In this document: in pieces, positions 12,001-27,000 of the stretch | Position numbering within the stretch: position 1 is the first letter of the stretch | Layout of the letters: each line of letters opens with the position of its first letter | Source: Podarcis melisellensis | Lineage: Eukaryota | NCBI GenBank assembly: GCA_964234715.1 | Contig: OZ174276.1 | Strand: one strand, 5' to 3' | DNA length: 64,000 nt | Program-made: the position numbers and the translations under genes | Notes under the pieces: generated by a model | The model's database searches: none | What the model saw: only the letters and a program-made list of their open reading frames with translations | Told to the model about the DNA's origin: nothing

Positions 12001-15000
12001 CAATTTGTATTCAAATAATACAGCAAAATACAATATATCTTGGTGTATATTAAGATGGTAAGAATGTTGTTACACTGCAGTTTTCATGACTGCTGATAGG
12101 CAGACTGCCCAGGCAGAGGGTTAGCAGGAAGGCATCCTAGGCAGGTGGGTGAATGGTTGGCCCAGGTGAGTGTTGTCAGTGGTGGGTGGTCTGGGCAAGT
12201 TATAGAGGAACACGCAGGGTTCCCCAGCAAGCATCCTGCTGTTCTCGTTGTGAACCTCAGCAGCTGAGGTGACCTCAGTATGAGGCGTGTCTGCGGAGGA
12301 GCTTCCGTAACCTATTCCTCCATAGCTGACTTGGGCTGCCATTTGGCTAAGCTGTAAGAGGGGCATGGCTTGGGTGGTTGAGTGACAAGGGAACTGGAGG
12401 TGGATGGAGGCAGGCTGGTGAGTGGGATTGGAATGAGAGGGGATGGGATGAGAACCTGGAGAGGAACAGAAGTTCTACCAAAGGAAAACAAGCAGGGATC
12501 CTGTGAAGACCATGAAAAACTAATGCACGTGTATATTCAGAAAGCTACCAAAATCTAGGGTATCGATGTTGTCTACGCTAGATTTTTTCTTTTTTAAGCA
12601 ACACTAAGAATTTTAAAGCAAACTTCTAATTTACACATCACAGATGAATACACAGTTTTTTCGGATTCTGCACACCTCCAAATTTTGAAATACAATTCGC
12701 TACTCAAAACCTGTGTGTTAGGATAAGATTCATTTGGAAATGTGTACATTGAGAAGTATGTATTTACATTTATTTTAAAAATGCAGTTTAATGTGACGGT
12801 AGCTAAGACCAGCCCCATCACCGTGGATTTGTCTGTCAGTAGCAATTAACCACGTTAGCCACAAATTGAACCTCCCATATTTTGTGGCAGTGCTTCTTTT
12901 CTTCACCATTATGTCCTGATGCTACATTAAGAGCAAAGATAGCTACAGATTGGTGCTGATAATTCTAGGAAATAATGTACTTGCATCACAGTTTAGCAAG
13001 TAAAAGCTTTCTGCATGTCATCTTTACAGCCAGCTAAGCACAGCCTTTTATTCCTGCAGGAATTGAACCACATGGAAATATGGTGAAACAGCCTGCCAAA
13101 TTCAGTGTTGACACCATCAGTGCTGGCCAAGGCGAGGTATTGGTTTTTGTAGAAGATCCAGAAGGAAACAGAGAAGAGGTATGCATATTGAGAGGTCTTG
13201 GGCCAGGGAAGGGAAATGGGTTGACAACTTACTACTATCTTACACTATGGAAAAGGAATCCTCTTCAAGTGTGTTGGCATTTGAGTGAGTTTCATGAATC
13301 ATGAGGATGGACCATAGTTAAGGGGTACAGGCCATATAGAAGGTCCTAATTTTAATTCCTGGCATTTTATTTATTTGTACTCTTAGCCCACCTTTTACAA
13401 AATGCTCTCCAGCGCAGGCTATAAAAATGTCACTATAAAAATAGGCACAATGTGTAGAATTAAAATCATAAAATGACCACAGCAGCCAATACGATACCCA
13501 GTGAAAAAGATCAAGGAACTTAAGCATGACTGAGTTGCCTAATGCCTTCCTCTTTCTTAGGCCATGGTGACTCCTGACAACGATAAGAACAAGACTTACG
13601 CTGTTCAGTACCTCCCAAAGGTTACAGGACCTCACAAGGTAAGAATATCTGAAGATTCGGGAGGGAGACGCGAGTTTTAGCTGCCAAGTACATTTTGCTC
13701 AGGACAATGTTGTTGTAATACTATCTCAAAACAAGTTGGTCTAGTTTTGTAGCTGTAGTTGAGAGCGACAACGCTCCCCCCCCCCCCTGTTTAAAGTACT
13801 GATTGGCTGGTTTAACCATTGTTCAGGTAAAAGAGGAGGTGGAGGCAACACTGGTAGTCGGTTTTATTTTAGAGTGGCTAAGCTGCCTTTTTTATCCTGC
13901 CTTCTCTTTTGTTGAGAAAGTGAACTATATGGTTGATTGACGTTCAATGCCCTATTAAAATATGTTTTGCCTGTAAAAATGTGCATAATTCATCTGGATA
14001 TGGTAGCTGGCAATACCACATTCAATGTTGGGCCTGCAGACACTTCTCCAGAAGTTTGTTGTTTTTTTTAAATTGGCTTTTAAATGTCAGCTTGTGAATT
14101 CAGAACTCCTCTGGATCTGCTATTGAGTGAGTGCAAGCTGGCTACCTGCTTGCAGTGGTGCATATCTAACTTGAATACTGTTACTACACTTCTAGGTTAC
14201 AGTTCTGTTTGCTGGCCAGCACATTGCAAAGAGCCCGTTTGAAGTAAATGTTGATAAAGCCCAGGGGGATGCCAGCAAAGTGACCGCAAAAGGACCAGGC
14301 TTGGAAGTAACAGGAAATATAGCCAATAAACCTACTTACTTTGAAATTTACACAGCAGGTAAGATGGGCTGAATAGATTCCTTCCTTTGTGACATGGAGC
14401 TGTGAGCAGGCTTGCCTTCTCTTCGTATGGGCCATGATGTTACTTCTCCCTATAGTGTCCACACAGGATAGGGGCCCTGGGGCTCTGCAGATGTTTTTGG
14501 TTACTGAATCATACCTTTCCAGACATCAGGAGTGATGGGAATTGGTTTCATAGCCAGAGACTCCTCCCCTGACACAGAACATATGTGAGGGTGGAAGGAA
14601 TGCACAGTGCTCCATGGGTTGGGCATTTACTGTTATTAAAATTTTATTATTTGTGGTGTTTTTAAAGGGTTGTCTTTATTTCTGTTTTTAATTAATATCA
14701 TGCCACTTTATATAAACACTGACATATTTTTTTTATGAAGTGGTATATGAATCTTGCTAGATAGAATAAATGCAAATAAATGGGTTAAGGATGCTGAAGA
14801 TGCATTTGAAGCTTCAATTCTTGGCCACAGTACTTAATTAACAACACCTAGTTTGGACATGAAGGGGTGTATATCTGCTTTACATCTCTTTGGTGTCCAG
14901 TACAGAAGCTGCCTCATACCAACACTTACTAGTCTTCCAACGGGTTTTTGTTTTTGAGCAGGCATTGATATGAATTCACATCATTTTTTCTGATTTACCA

Positions 15001-18000
15001 ATCAGGGATGGCAACGGCCTTGGGTTGCTTTGGCAAGAAAGGTTGCCAATGTGTCTGCGTTCAGGAAGTGCAGAGTATAAGCTTTTTGTGCAAGGTGCAT
15101 GATGTTCATGCATTTGAACTAAGCATCCTTCATTGTTCTTGGGAATGCATAGCATGTCTGTGGCATAGTAGCTTCGCTATTGTTTCTTCAGAAGTCACTT
15201 AAGACAAACTTACTGAGTACTAGACTTAGGAGTTTATAGCGCTTGAATTTTGCAGTAGTAACTTAAACAAAAAGGTGACTGCGAATTGAGTATAATGAGG
15301 ATTTTCCCAACTGGGGGTGCGAGTCTTGTTGGGCTATATTGCAAAACTAAAGCTGTTTTTAAATCCTTCCAAATAGGAAAACTGGTAGACATAAGTCTAA
15401 ATAAATCTAGCAGCGTTTTCTGCAAAACAAGCAGGCAGGACCTTGATATAAAGATAAGGAGAATTCGGGCTGCAAATGTCAAGGATGTATTATCAGGCAT
15501 TTCGCAACTCATTTCCTCAGGCTGCAAACCTTGAGGTCCTCCTGCCTTTTGTTATGGATCATTATCATACTCAATAGCTTATGGGTTCTTTTTGGAAAAG
15601 CTAAACTGGAAATTCGTGACAAAACAATGTGTTCTTGAGGGGAGATGGTCTCCGTGTCCCATTTCCCAACACCCCAATTTGGCTATATAGAGTGTGTATT
15701 TCCTTGGCCCTCTTTCCACTGGGATGGCTACTGGCCAATATAAAAAACTGGGAGACTTCCCTAATTGTGGAAATAATTTTTGAGCTCCTATTTTGTATCT
15801 TGTAGGGGCTGGTGTTGGTGATATAGGTGTAGAAGTTGAAGATCCTCAAGGGAAGAACCCCGTGGAAGTTGCAATAGAAGACAAAGGAAATCAAGTCTAT
15901 CGTTGCGTGTACAAACCTCTTCAAGCTGGTCCCCATACCATTAAAGTGGCGTTTGCTGGAGAGCAAATTCCCAAAAGCCCTTGGGGTATTCATGTTGGTG
16001 AAGGTATGTGTTTAGGGCAGACGTATAACTATTTAACCATATTACTGGATACATGTGCACATTAAGTGCAGTATCTATGAGACTCTCTAAACATGGGAAT
16101 TTAGTCTTTTGGCTTGGATAATGCAGTTCAATTCTTGCATGAAAGTCATTTCCCCCAAAAAGGACTTTTAAGTGTTAGTATCTTATCACATTTAACTAAC
16201 TGGGTTTTATCAGTCTTGTCATCCTAAATGACCGCATTGCTCCTTCTTACACTTTTAGAATTGAGCTTTCTTGCTGTGTCTCTTTAAAACCAACTATATT
16301 CACTTTATTTTGTATCACAACTCTCTTCCCTTCTTGAACTGACACTTGGCTTTCTATTCCATCTTTGCCTGCTCCTGTGCTTTCAGACCTCTGCTCACCT
16401 CTCCTGAGCTACTTTCAATTTGTGAGATGTTGGACTTCACTGCTATTGGCTTCATAGTTGGGCAAGCTCTGTCGGTAAGAGGGTGTGCAGGGTGAACTTG
16501 TGTTGCTGCGTTTTTTTCTGAACACCTAGTCAGCAGGCAGGTTTGCAGCCCTGAGCAGAAGTGGCTGGGTTGTATGAAAATGTTGCAAGCGGCAGGTCAG
16601 GCTTCAGGCAGTCTCGCAAGAAGTCAAACGGCTTAACCACAAACTGCCAAACTTTGTTGCAAGGAGCTTGAAACTGAACTTCGGCTTGCTGCTACATTCC
16701 TGGTTTGCTTCATCTACAAGATGGATGTAGAACTAGTCAATGCAGATTGGCTGGGGGGTGAGAATTCCCTGCATGCTTGCAGCAGGACAGCTTTTCGTGG
16801 GATGAATTGGTTTTCCCTCCAAGGAAATGGTTGCCAACTCCAGAAGGAAATGCATGGAGTTGAGCTGTTGGGAGCCCAAGCCTGCATGCCTCACAGTCCA
16901 GTTTCACGGCTAGGCCAAATACTGACAACTGTGAGCCTGCTTATCTCCCATAAATCATTCTGTATGTGGTCTTTTTCACACTGTGTATCCAGTGGTTTCT
17001 GCATACAGACCTGCTTTCCCTAATAGTGACGGTGTTCAGGAAAGCATGTTTAAACTCTTGCGTGTGAATTATATTTCCCCACCTCCATGGTATTGTTCAT
17101 TTCAGGCACACCTGCATGGGGCTTCCTCTGGGGGGATTAAATTTGCTAATTTAGGGGCAATAGCAGGATCAGCATAGCAACACTGTCTCAACAATGCAAG
17201 GTGCAACATCTCTATGAGATGCTCCCTGTCTCATGCTATGTTTCACTTCTTGCCCTCTTCTTCAATCCCCACCCCTTGAAACCTGAGACTTCACTGGGGG
17301 AAAAAAAAGTCTGGTTCAAACTGGAAGGTTTCATCTGCATGCATGCCCTAAGGCAATATGCCCTCCTAAGTTTGAAACTGTGAAAATGAGGATACTTTGC
17401 TCCTTTTACTATTGTAAGACCAACAACACTTTCCTTTTTTTAAAAAACAAGTTTTTGCAGTTTTCCCCATCTCTCATGCTGTTGTAAATTTGTTAGGAGT
17501 TTAGTTCATTTAAACAAGACTTGGGTTTGTACATAGTGAAGCACGTGAAGCAAAAAAACTGCAACCCCCAGTTTTATGTTAATATAATGTGCATTGACAG
17601 CCTCAGTCTTGCCTCCTTAAGACTGCAAAATGGTGTTCAGGTTTTACATTTCATAAACTTAAAATCTCATCCATCTTAAAGCAAGCTGAGAGAAACTGTT
17701 CCAGACTAGCTTGGCTAAGTTAAATATCTCTAGGAATCAAAGGCTGTATTGATGTCTGTCTGCAATTCGCTTGCAGCGTGCAATCCAAATGCCTGCCGTG
17801 CCAGTGGTAGAGGCCTCCAACCTAAAGGAGTTCGGATCAGAGAAACCGCAGACTTCAAGGTTGATACTAAAGCCGCAGGGAGTGGAGATATCCATGTGGC
17901 AATAAAAGGACCAAGTAAGTGCTCGGCTTCTTAGCATTGCTGGGGCTTTGGGGTGGGGCCAGGGAAGTTTGCAAAGGGCTTAAAAGTGTAATCCATCAGC

Positions 18001-21000
18001 TTGTGATTCTGGTATCTGTATGTTGACTTTATCCCCTGGGGAAACTCCAGAAGTGAAATGGAGCCGCTCTTTTCTCTCTCTCATATCTAATTGCACAAGA
18101 GGAGACTAGGTAAACATGGCTGGAAATTTGAAATGACTGGTTCTTTGGGTGTGATAACTGCCTTGTTTACCTGTTTATACAGAAGTAATCTGAGCTGTGC
18201 AACTGCTTTAGTGGGTTTGGAAAGGCTTGAACTTCTACTTCAATATCTATGGTGCAAAGCTCTTGGACAAAAGGGTGTGCGTGTAGCAAAAAATGTTCAG
18301 TAATAATGTTTCATGACAACATTGCTCAAGAAATGTGAAGCAAACATGCAAAAGGGGAAGAAAGGTTAGGCCAAACTAGACAGGATGGTACCAGGTGCCT
18401 GCATTTCTTTGCTTATCTGCCTGAATGGAATATAAATAAGAGGCTGTCTGTGTCAAACTGATAACCAAATGAGCTGTGTGGCTGAGGAGTTCCCCTCTGT
18501 TTCAGAAGTAGTTTACCTGGGGAAGTGTAAATACTGGAAACTAATGGAACTTGTGTTAATTGTTTGAAATACTCCTCAGCTGCTTGAGGTAACTTGGACA
18601 TGATCCGTGAATTTTTATGCAACTTGACTGTTTCAGGATTTCAGACCGTCATTCTTTTCCTTGTCTCAGACTTGGTAAAAAGATAAGTGAAACTTAGCAG
18701 TTCAGGATACTACATTTTACACATTTTTGGGAGTTCTGACCTTAAAGATGGGTACTCAAAACTGAACCCCAGGGTCATTTTCCCTCTGCTTTGCTTTGGC
18801 AAGTTAATGCTCCATTCAGGAGTCATAATGGACAGAAACTCCCCGCTGGCTTGCTGATCATACGGCAGACACCTTTTTCTACTCTTGGATCACAGTATTG
18901 CTTGATATAGATGCAGGGCTTTGTTACCTTCTGGCCCCCGATCAAAATGAATGGCAATCCTTTTCAGCCCTGTACAAATTGGTGGGGATTCTGGTGGGCC
19001 TCTTGCGAGCTGTAATGTGCTTAAAGCGTTGGCTACGGCAGGGTTGCCAACTGTGCACTGTTAAAGACAATAGTCTTGTATCAACAAACTTAGGCATATT
19101 TAGACTGTTGCAGGAAAATTAAATCAAGTAAGCATTCCCCAAATACTTGTGGTCATGAGGTCTGATGAAGCTTAAGCTTCCCTTGTTTTAACATGACACG
19201 CATAATTCTTTAGACTAAGGAATAACATAAGGGAATGAGTTAAGCGAGGTAACGTAACACTTTCACTCATCGATCTCTTCTGGAAATATTTATGCCATCT
19301 TTCTTGCATGACAACTTGGAGGCCATTTCTCCTCCTTGCAAACTATTTCTAGTTGGGGGGGGGGTGACTTCTTTCTTAGCAATTTTTCTTAAAATACTGG
19401 AAAGGGGCAAAATTGCCTGTAACCAGAGGATTGAGGCTGTAACTACGGAAGGCTAATGCTAGATGGATGATATTTCTGCAGAAGGTCTGGAGGAACTTGT
19501 GAAACAAAAGGAGTATGTGGATGGCGTGTATGCTTTTGAATACTATCCAGTAACCCCAGGAAAATACATTGTGACCATCTCATGGGGAGGCCACAACATC
19601 CCTAAAAGGTGAGTTAGAACATCCATTTCAGGTTTGTTTGTTTTTAGCACTGGATGTGTATTCCCTACCAAACACGTTGGAACTGCTTAAGTTTCCACAT
19701 CTGCCCAGAGCAAATTAACGGATGGTAGTACTGTTGTTTGGTCCCAGCTCCTGCCCACCTAGCATTTCAAAAGCATGTCAAGTGCAAGTAGATAAATAGG
19801 TACCACTTCTGGTTCGCCAGAAATAGCTTAGTCTTGCTGGCCGCATGACCCAGAAGCTGTCTGTGGACAAACGCCGGCTCCCTTCGCCTATAGAGTGAGG
19901 TGAGCGCGCAGCCCCAGAGTCATCCACGACTGGACCTAACGGTCAGGGGTACCTTTACCTTTTAGTGTCTAGTACAAGGGTATCCTGTTTGGACAAATTG
20001 TATATTTCAATTTCTGAAGAGGTGGACTTATGTCTGCTGCATTAAAACCAAATCCTGTGGCACCTTAAAGGCCAACAAACTCTTGTGGCACAAGCTTTCA
20101 TCTGTATTTCTAGGTATGGGATTACTATTCGGTAGCACAAAGATTATTCAGATTTTATCTAAAGAGTGGAATTTTAATGTAGGCAACCTTTGGAATATCT
20201 GCCGTATTTTAATTTTCATTGGTCCCCGTCTGTTTTCCAAGTGATGCACCACATAGAGGTTAGGCTCCCGCTTCATCTATCTGTAGCTCCTGGTCTTTTA
20301 GCTGGACAGAGGTGATTGCACAGTAAGCTCTGCCTTGTTCTGGATCCAGGCTGTAACTGGAATCGTTGACAGTGTAGGGAAGGATAGTGGTGACCATTGT
20401 TGCTTTCAGTCCCAAGCTTTTCCTAGAGTCCCAGGTGCATCATATCCTTCCTCTCCCTATCCAGTCTACCTGATCTGATACCAGCGGCAGAAATGGAAAA
20501 GAAAGGAAGAGATTTCTTGAAGTCTGGATCCAACCCAGGAGGCGCTTACAAAAATGCATGAGGGCAATGTTTCTAGTTAGCTACATCCCTGTAGCTCTAC
20601 TTGAGCCCATCTTTTAATATCTGATATTACTTGCTCCTAATCCTGCTTTCTGGTGTTTCTGTCATAGCCCATTTGAAGTTCAAGTAGGCCCTGAACCTGG
20701 TCCTCAGAAAGTAAGAGCCTGGGGGCCCGGCCTTCATGAAGGCGTTGTTGGTAAATCTGCCGACTTTGTGGTAGAATCCATTGGCCCAGAAGTTGGATCC
20801 TTAGGTAAGAACTTGCCTGGCTTGCCCTGCTTTGCTAAATGGTTATCACATTTATGTGATGCCTAGCTAACTTCACATGGAGAAAGTCTCTCAAGATCAC
20901 ATTGCAGTGGGTGTGGAATCACATCCAATTGGATTTAAAAGAAATTGGTTTGTATAACACTTCTGACAAGAACAATGATGACACTGTCCTCCACCCAGTT

Positions 21001-24000
21001 TTAGCATGACAGGCAGTAAATGTTGGCTGATGCCTTTGATTCTCATGATTTTGTGACGGTTACGATGTCTCTGGTAACTTCATTATTGACCCTGCCTTTT
21101 AGCAGGCCCCAGTGCTATAACACCAAGGGGAAGTACTTTTAAAATTAATTAGTACATTTATAAGCCATTTTTTCCTCCTACAAGCTCAAGTTGGCACACA
21201 TTAGTTTTCTTTGTTCCACTTTCACCCCACTCTAACTTCACAACAACCCTGTGAGGCTGAGAGACTGTGACTAGCCCCAAGGCCACCCAGTCCAGCCCTC
21301 GAACCACAACACTAAACTGGCTTCTGACATAAGTAATGAGAAATTCAGCACGCGGCCCCTGAAGCACAGTAACTGCAGTGAGTTTTCTGGTTTGCTTTGC
21401 AATAGATGGTTTCAGTTCACATAAGGGTTACCTCAAACAAACCTGCTTAACAGGCTTTAATGCTGTGGATTTTAAAAATGGTTTTGAACAGGCAACCCAA
21501 GGTCTTTGAGTCCTCCTAGCTAAAGCATGGCACCTCTTAACAGCACTGCTAACATGTTTGCTTCTTTTAGGTTTTGCCATTGAAGGCCCCTCTCAAGCCA
21601 AAATTGAATGTGATGATCAGAACGATGGCTCGTGCGATGTGAAATACTGGCCCAAAGAGCCTGGCGAATATGCTGTTCACATCATGTGCGATGATGAAGA
21701 TATCAAAGACAGCCCCTACATGGCGTTCATCCAGCCTGCTTCTCCAGGCTTCAACTCTGACAAGGCAAGTATCTGAGGAGCTGCCTCTCTCTCTCAAAAA
21801 TGCTGTTAATCTGTCAGCCTTCTGTATAAACTGTGCTAGATGGTATTCACGGTCAGGATTTAGCCCCAATTTAAAGGAAACTCACGGCAACACCAGATAT
21901 GAGTCTGTCCCAGGTTAGAAGTTCATTACAGGAGAAACTCCTTCCATTGAGGACTGTTGTAAATTTAGGCACTAGTGCATGTATGCTTTGCATTGTGAGA
22001 TGTTCCCAAGAACATCAAGTGGAAAACTATTTATTTTAGCAGTGACATGCAAGGTATATCCAGGTATCTCACTCAAGCAAACTTCGGGCATTGTAGTCTG
22101 AGCTATTAACAACCTGTAAAGGTATGTTGACATATTCTCTTATGTTTCTGCTGATCTTTCTTAGGTAAAAGCTTACGGTCCAGGGCTGGAGCGGACTGGC
22201 TGCATTGTGAACAACCCTGCAGAGTTTACAGTTGACACAAAGGAAGCTGGGAGTGCCCCTCTGAGGATCTATGCACAGGTAAGGTCCAGAGTTCCAGGTT
22301 GCATTTGCTTCTCACTAAGTCATCTGGAACTGTAGCCTTGGAATTGTGTTCAGAAGTTGGGAGTTTTCTTCTTAAGGGTATTAGTCTGACGGGCAGAAAT
22401 ACTTAAGATGCCATATGGCCACAGACAGGCATCACAGGACTTGATGGGCCATTAGCTTAGTCCTGGCACTTGCCATATTGGCGAGTGTGAATATGCCCTG
22501 AGCCCAAGTCCTTATAAGATACAGGATCAGGTTAATTCCTTGATAGGAAAGAATTGCACTATTGGTCTTGTCAGCTTGTCCATGTTACCCAGGTGGTTGC
22601 TGGTATGTGGTTCTAGCAACACTTGTTAGTGTGAATTTGGTCCTAAGTGGGAGTGGCTGATATTACAATCTGGCTGCTCTGTGAAATCTAGCTATAGCCT
22701 GTAGGATTAAAGTGGAGCACGTTTTATGGCTCTTTACATGGTGGCAGAGAAGAGAAAGCAGGAAGGGCTTCCATCACTTACCAGTACTGTAGATGAGAAG
22801 GTAAACAAAACACTTCTTCGTCCTCTCTACCTCTGTTGTGTTCTTGCCTACAAAAGGTTTATACATTCTATGTACCATTAGAACATACGGTGCCACAAGG
22901 TATTGGAAGATGTTCTGCATGGAAGTCTTAAATGCTGACCAGTAAGCTTGCACTAAAGATTCTTGACTCGCCATCATTTGTGGTAAACCAGCAATGATAG
23001 GATTCCGAAACCACGTCGGTCTGTATGTCGCCCCTCTTAAGAGGATCTACATTCTTCCTTTTTTTTTTTTTTAACAGGATGCAGAAGGGAATCCTATTGA
23101 CATCCAAATGAAAAGCAAGCCGGATGGTATCTATGCCTGCTCTTACAATCCAACAAAACCAATCAAGCACACACTTGCTCTTACTTGGGGAGGAGCTAAT
23201 GTGCCCAATAGTCCTTACAGGGTAAGTTTTAAAAGCAGCTCAATAGCTGCAGCTCTTTATCCTCCAGTTGTAGCATGTCTTACCGTGTCTTATGCGCAAA
23301 CCCTTGCTTATGTTAACTGGCATTTAGTTGGTAGTATTACGCTAAGCCCAGAGGTGGAAAACTGGATCCATCTGGCAGGCTGGATCTTTATCTCCCTCAC
23401 TTGCTTGCAGGCCAAGTTTGACAAGTGGGTAGTGCCACCCGCCTGTCAGTCAACTGATACCAGGTGACCAGTTTCTTTAAAAGAAAAACGTGCTTGCAAG
23501 ACCCAACAGAGTTTTGCTTCTGAGCAGTGCCTGAAAATTCTGTTTTAGCCCTATTCCCCAAGCACCCTCGACATCATACAAGGCTGTAGGGCAGGTCTGT
23601 GTGGTTTAGGCCAAAATGGCCTTGTGGAGAAGCCTGGTGGGTCTGATTTGGATGTTCTCCACCACTGCTGTAACCAAAAGTTCAGTCGCTTTGTGCCATT
23701 GTTGCACATCTTTATGTGCCAGGCAAAAATATTCCTCTTTACCAAGGCCTTTGGCCATTAAACAATCTATGGCCTGTTAAAGCTTGGGTGGGGAAAACTG
23801 TTATGATTATTTTATTATTATGCTGTTTGTCATTATGGTTTTCATTAAGTTTTTATAATTATGCTCTGTAAAATGTGTTCTTAATGTTGTGCACCATCCT
23901 AGGATCTTTTGATAAAGGGTGGTATATAAATTGAAATAATAATAATAATTAATAATGCACCATTAAAGATGTAAATGAGATTAGGAAAAGTTATGACCAT

Positions 24001-27000
24001 AAAATAAAGCAGATTCAGAAATACTCATGTTTTCTGGTCCTCTCAGTTCTTAAATCCATTTTTAACTTTGGGGTTGCCTCAGGTTTTGTTATCTTGTATT
24101 TAGGTCCCTGTTCATGATTTTATTTTGTCTCTGCATTGTCGAATACTTACTGTAAGCCTTCCCATTTATGGAGTGGCATACAAATGTTATAATAAATACA
24201 GGGCTTGTGTAATCAAAGTGGCTCCTCCTTTAATTTGATGAAATGTTCCCCCCTAGGTCCAGATTGGGCAAGGCAGTCATCCCCAGAAGGTGAAAGTTAT
24301 TGGACCCGGGGTGGAGAGAACTGGTCTGAAAGCCAATGAACCTACTCACTTCACAGTAGACTGCACAGAGGCAGGAGAAGGTAAAACCAGAATCACTAAC
24401 ACCGTTAGCCTAAGCTCTATTTGCTGCTGTTCCAGTGGAACTGTTCTAGAAAGAAATGTGCAAATAGAAGTGGCTGACAAAGCTGTTGTGTCTGTGTAAA
24501 TGTGTTAAGCAGGAGTAGAGAGCCTTGGGCTCTCAAGATGTTGCTAAAGTGCAACTCCTATCAGCTTTAGCAAACATGACCAATGGCCGGGGGTAGTTTG
24601 TGGTTGGTAGTTCAACAACATCTGGAGGGCCTAGGGTTCTCCATACTGGGCGTCAAGCCACAACTACTGATACGAGGGAGCAATTGTGAAGTCATTTTAC
24701 TAACAAATTGATACTTTCGTTTTCTTCCTAGGTGATGTCAGTGTGGGCATTAAATGTGATGCTCATGTATTGAGTGAAGAAGAGCAGGACATAGACTTTG
24801 GCATCATACATAATGCTAATGATACATTCACAGTTAAATACACACCCCCTGCAGCTGGGCGTTACACTGTCAAAGTGCTGTTTGCTGGAGAGGTATGTAG
24901 TTATGATGGTGGAGGGGGGAGTTGAGATGCCATTTATATTGCTCTCTGGTTAGCTGAAGCTTCTGTATGTATGACATTATTGTATGACTGATTTATTTTT
25001 AAGCTCTGTTTCACGTCTCACAAGGGTTCACACCTGAAGGTCCTCAGGGTGGTTTATGACAAAGAACAGCAATTATAAAAACGTATCTGATAATATATAG
25101 AGATGGTTGTAGCAGATAAAAAAACCACTTAATGGGCTCTTGATTTCATGTTCTGCAGTTGTTTCTGACTCTCTTGCAGTTGTCACTAATATTTGAAGAG
25201 CAAAATGAAATTCAGTGCTTGCTCTTTAGAAATGAAACTTGTTTAATACACAGATAATACAAAAACGGATAATAAATTAGATGTTCTCTTGCTCTGTGGC
25301 CAAGGGCTGATTGTAGTGGGAACTGATTTAGCATCAGTTAAATAAAAATTTAGGGCACTTCTATAAGGCACACACCAAGAAATAGGAATGCTTGTTAAAC
25401 AGATGGCAGAAAAGGTACCATGCAAAGCATCATTTCTGCTCTGTATAGAACTGTGGCATTTGCTTGAATGACAACTTGAAATGTTGCATGATATGTGCAT
25501 TTAGGCCAATGGTGGTCTAAGCAGGATCAGCATTTGCCTTTTGATCTTCTGGAGCAGAAGATTAGATTACTATTGGGGTTTCTGAGTACACACAAAGAGT
25601 TGATTACAGGGGTACCTCTGGTTAAATACTTAATTCGTTCTGGAGGTTCATACTTAACTTGAAACTGTCCTTAACCTGAAGCACCACTTTAGCTAATGGG
25701 GCCTCCTGCTGCCGGAGCACGATTTCTGTTCTTATCCTGAAGCAAAGTTCTTAACCTGAGGTACTATTTCTGGGTTAGCAGTCTGTAACCTGAAGCGTAT
25801 GTACTTAAGGCGGTCTCTGCCCAAAAAGTTGATTTTATTTTGGTATTCTTTGTAAATAGAAGGCAGTCAATAACTTCATAGTCTGGTGTATGTTTGAATA
25901 TATATGTTTTGGAAAGATGCCCCGGGTGTATCATGAGCTAGTTCTTTTGTATTTTCTTACTTGAAAAGAAAACTTACATTGAAACAAAGCTTTTTTTTTT
26001 TTGTCTTGAAGGAAATCCCTACAAGCCCTTTCAGAGTGAAAGTGGAACCATCACATGATGCAAGCAAGGTGAAGGCTGAAGGGCCTGGACTAAGTAAAAC
26101 AGGTGAGGGTTCATCTTAACTTGGTGAGTGTGGAAGTTTGTCATGATAGCTGTTTGCTTGTTTCTTTTGTCTTCATATTAAAACAGAGCAATACCCAGTT
26201 TGCGCATACTCCTTGTGCAATGGACTCCCACTTAAGCAGAAGGGACTTCCTTTTCCTCTCCTCCCTCGCAGCTCCTTGCATGTGTCCAAATCCAAAATGT
26301 GTTCTTTAGCCTTAGGGGCCTGCAGTGGGAAGGAGAAGAAAGGGGAAATCCGCTAGGACACTGTTGGATCTCACCTATACAATTCTGTATTTAGGAGAGA
26401 CCAGTCCATTGATACAAAAAAACTTAAACACAAAGAGTTCAGTTTGGTATTAGCCTGGCGTCTTCATTCTGTTAAAAGAAAAAGAAAGCATGGCACACCT
26501 GCTTTCTGAATATGCCTTAAGGGGTGATGATGTTCTACTTTTTCTCCTACTTAGGTGTGGAAAATGGGAAGCCAACACATTTCACCGTGTTCACAAAAGG
26601 TGCTGGAAAAGCCCCTCTGGATGTTCAGTTCAGTGGACCGATGGCAGGAGATGCTGTCAAAGATTTGGACATAATTGACAACTATGATTATTCACACACC
26701 GTAAGATACACTCCAGTACAGCAGGTAGGATTTCCTATAAGAGGTATTAATGTGATCTCTTCTGTCTCATGGCTTAGCCCCAGGCAGCATGATAGCAGCA
26801 GGACCAGAGGAGGAGACCGTGATCTCCTCTCCCAGGGATGGTTTGGCTGAACTGTCACTTTATGTTCAAAATGATGTTACGAGCTGCAACTTTCATTTTT
26901 GCCCCTTGTAGTTTAAGTATAGTGACTGCTGTGTAATCCTGCTCTTCTTGTGATCCCTTCCTGGTTTCTGCACTGCCGGGCATCTGTATTGGTCCATTGA

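Noticed and set aside
12361-12460. G-rich tract as a possible G-quadruplex
   Set aside because: G-runs are irregular and widely spaced, with no compact four-run G3 motif.
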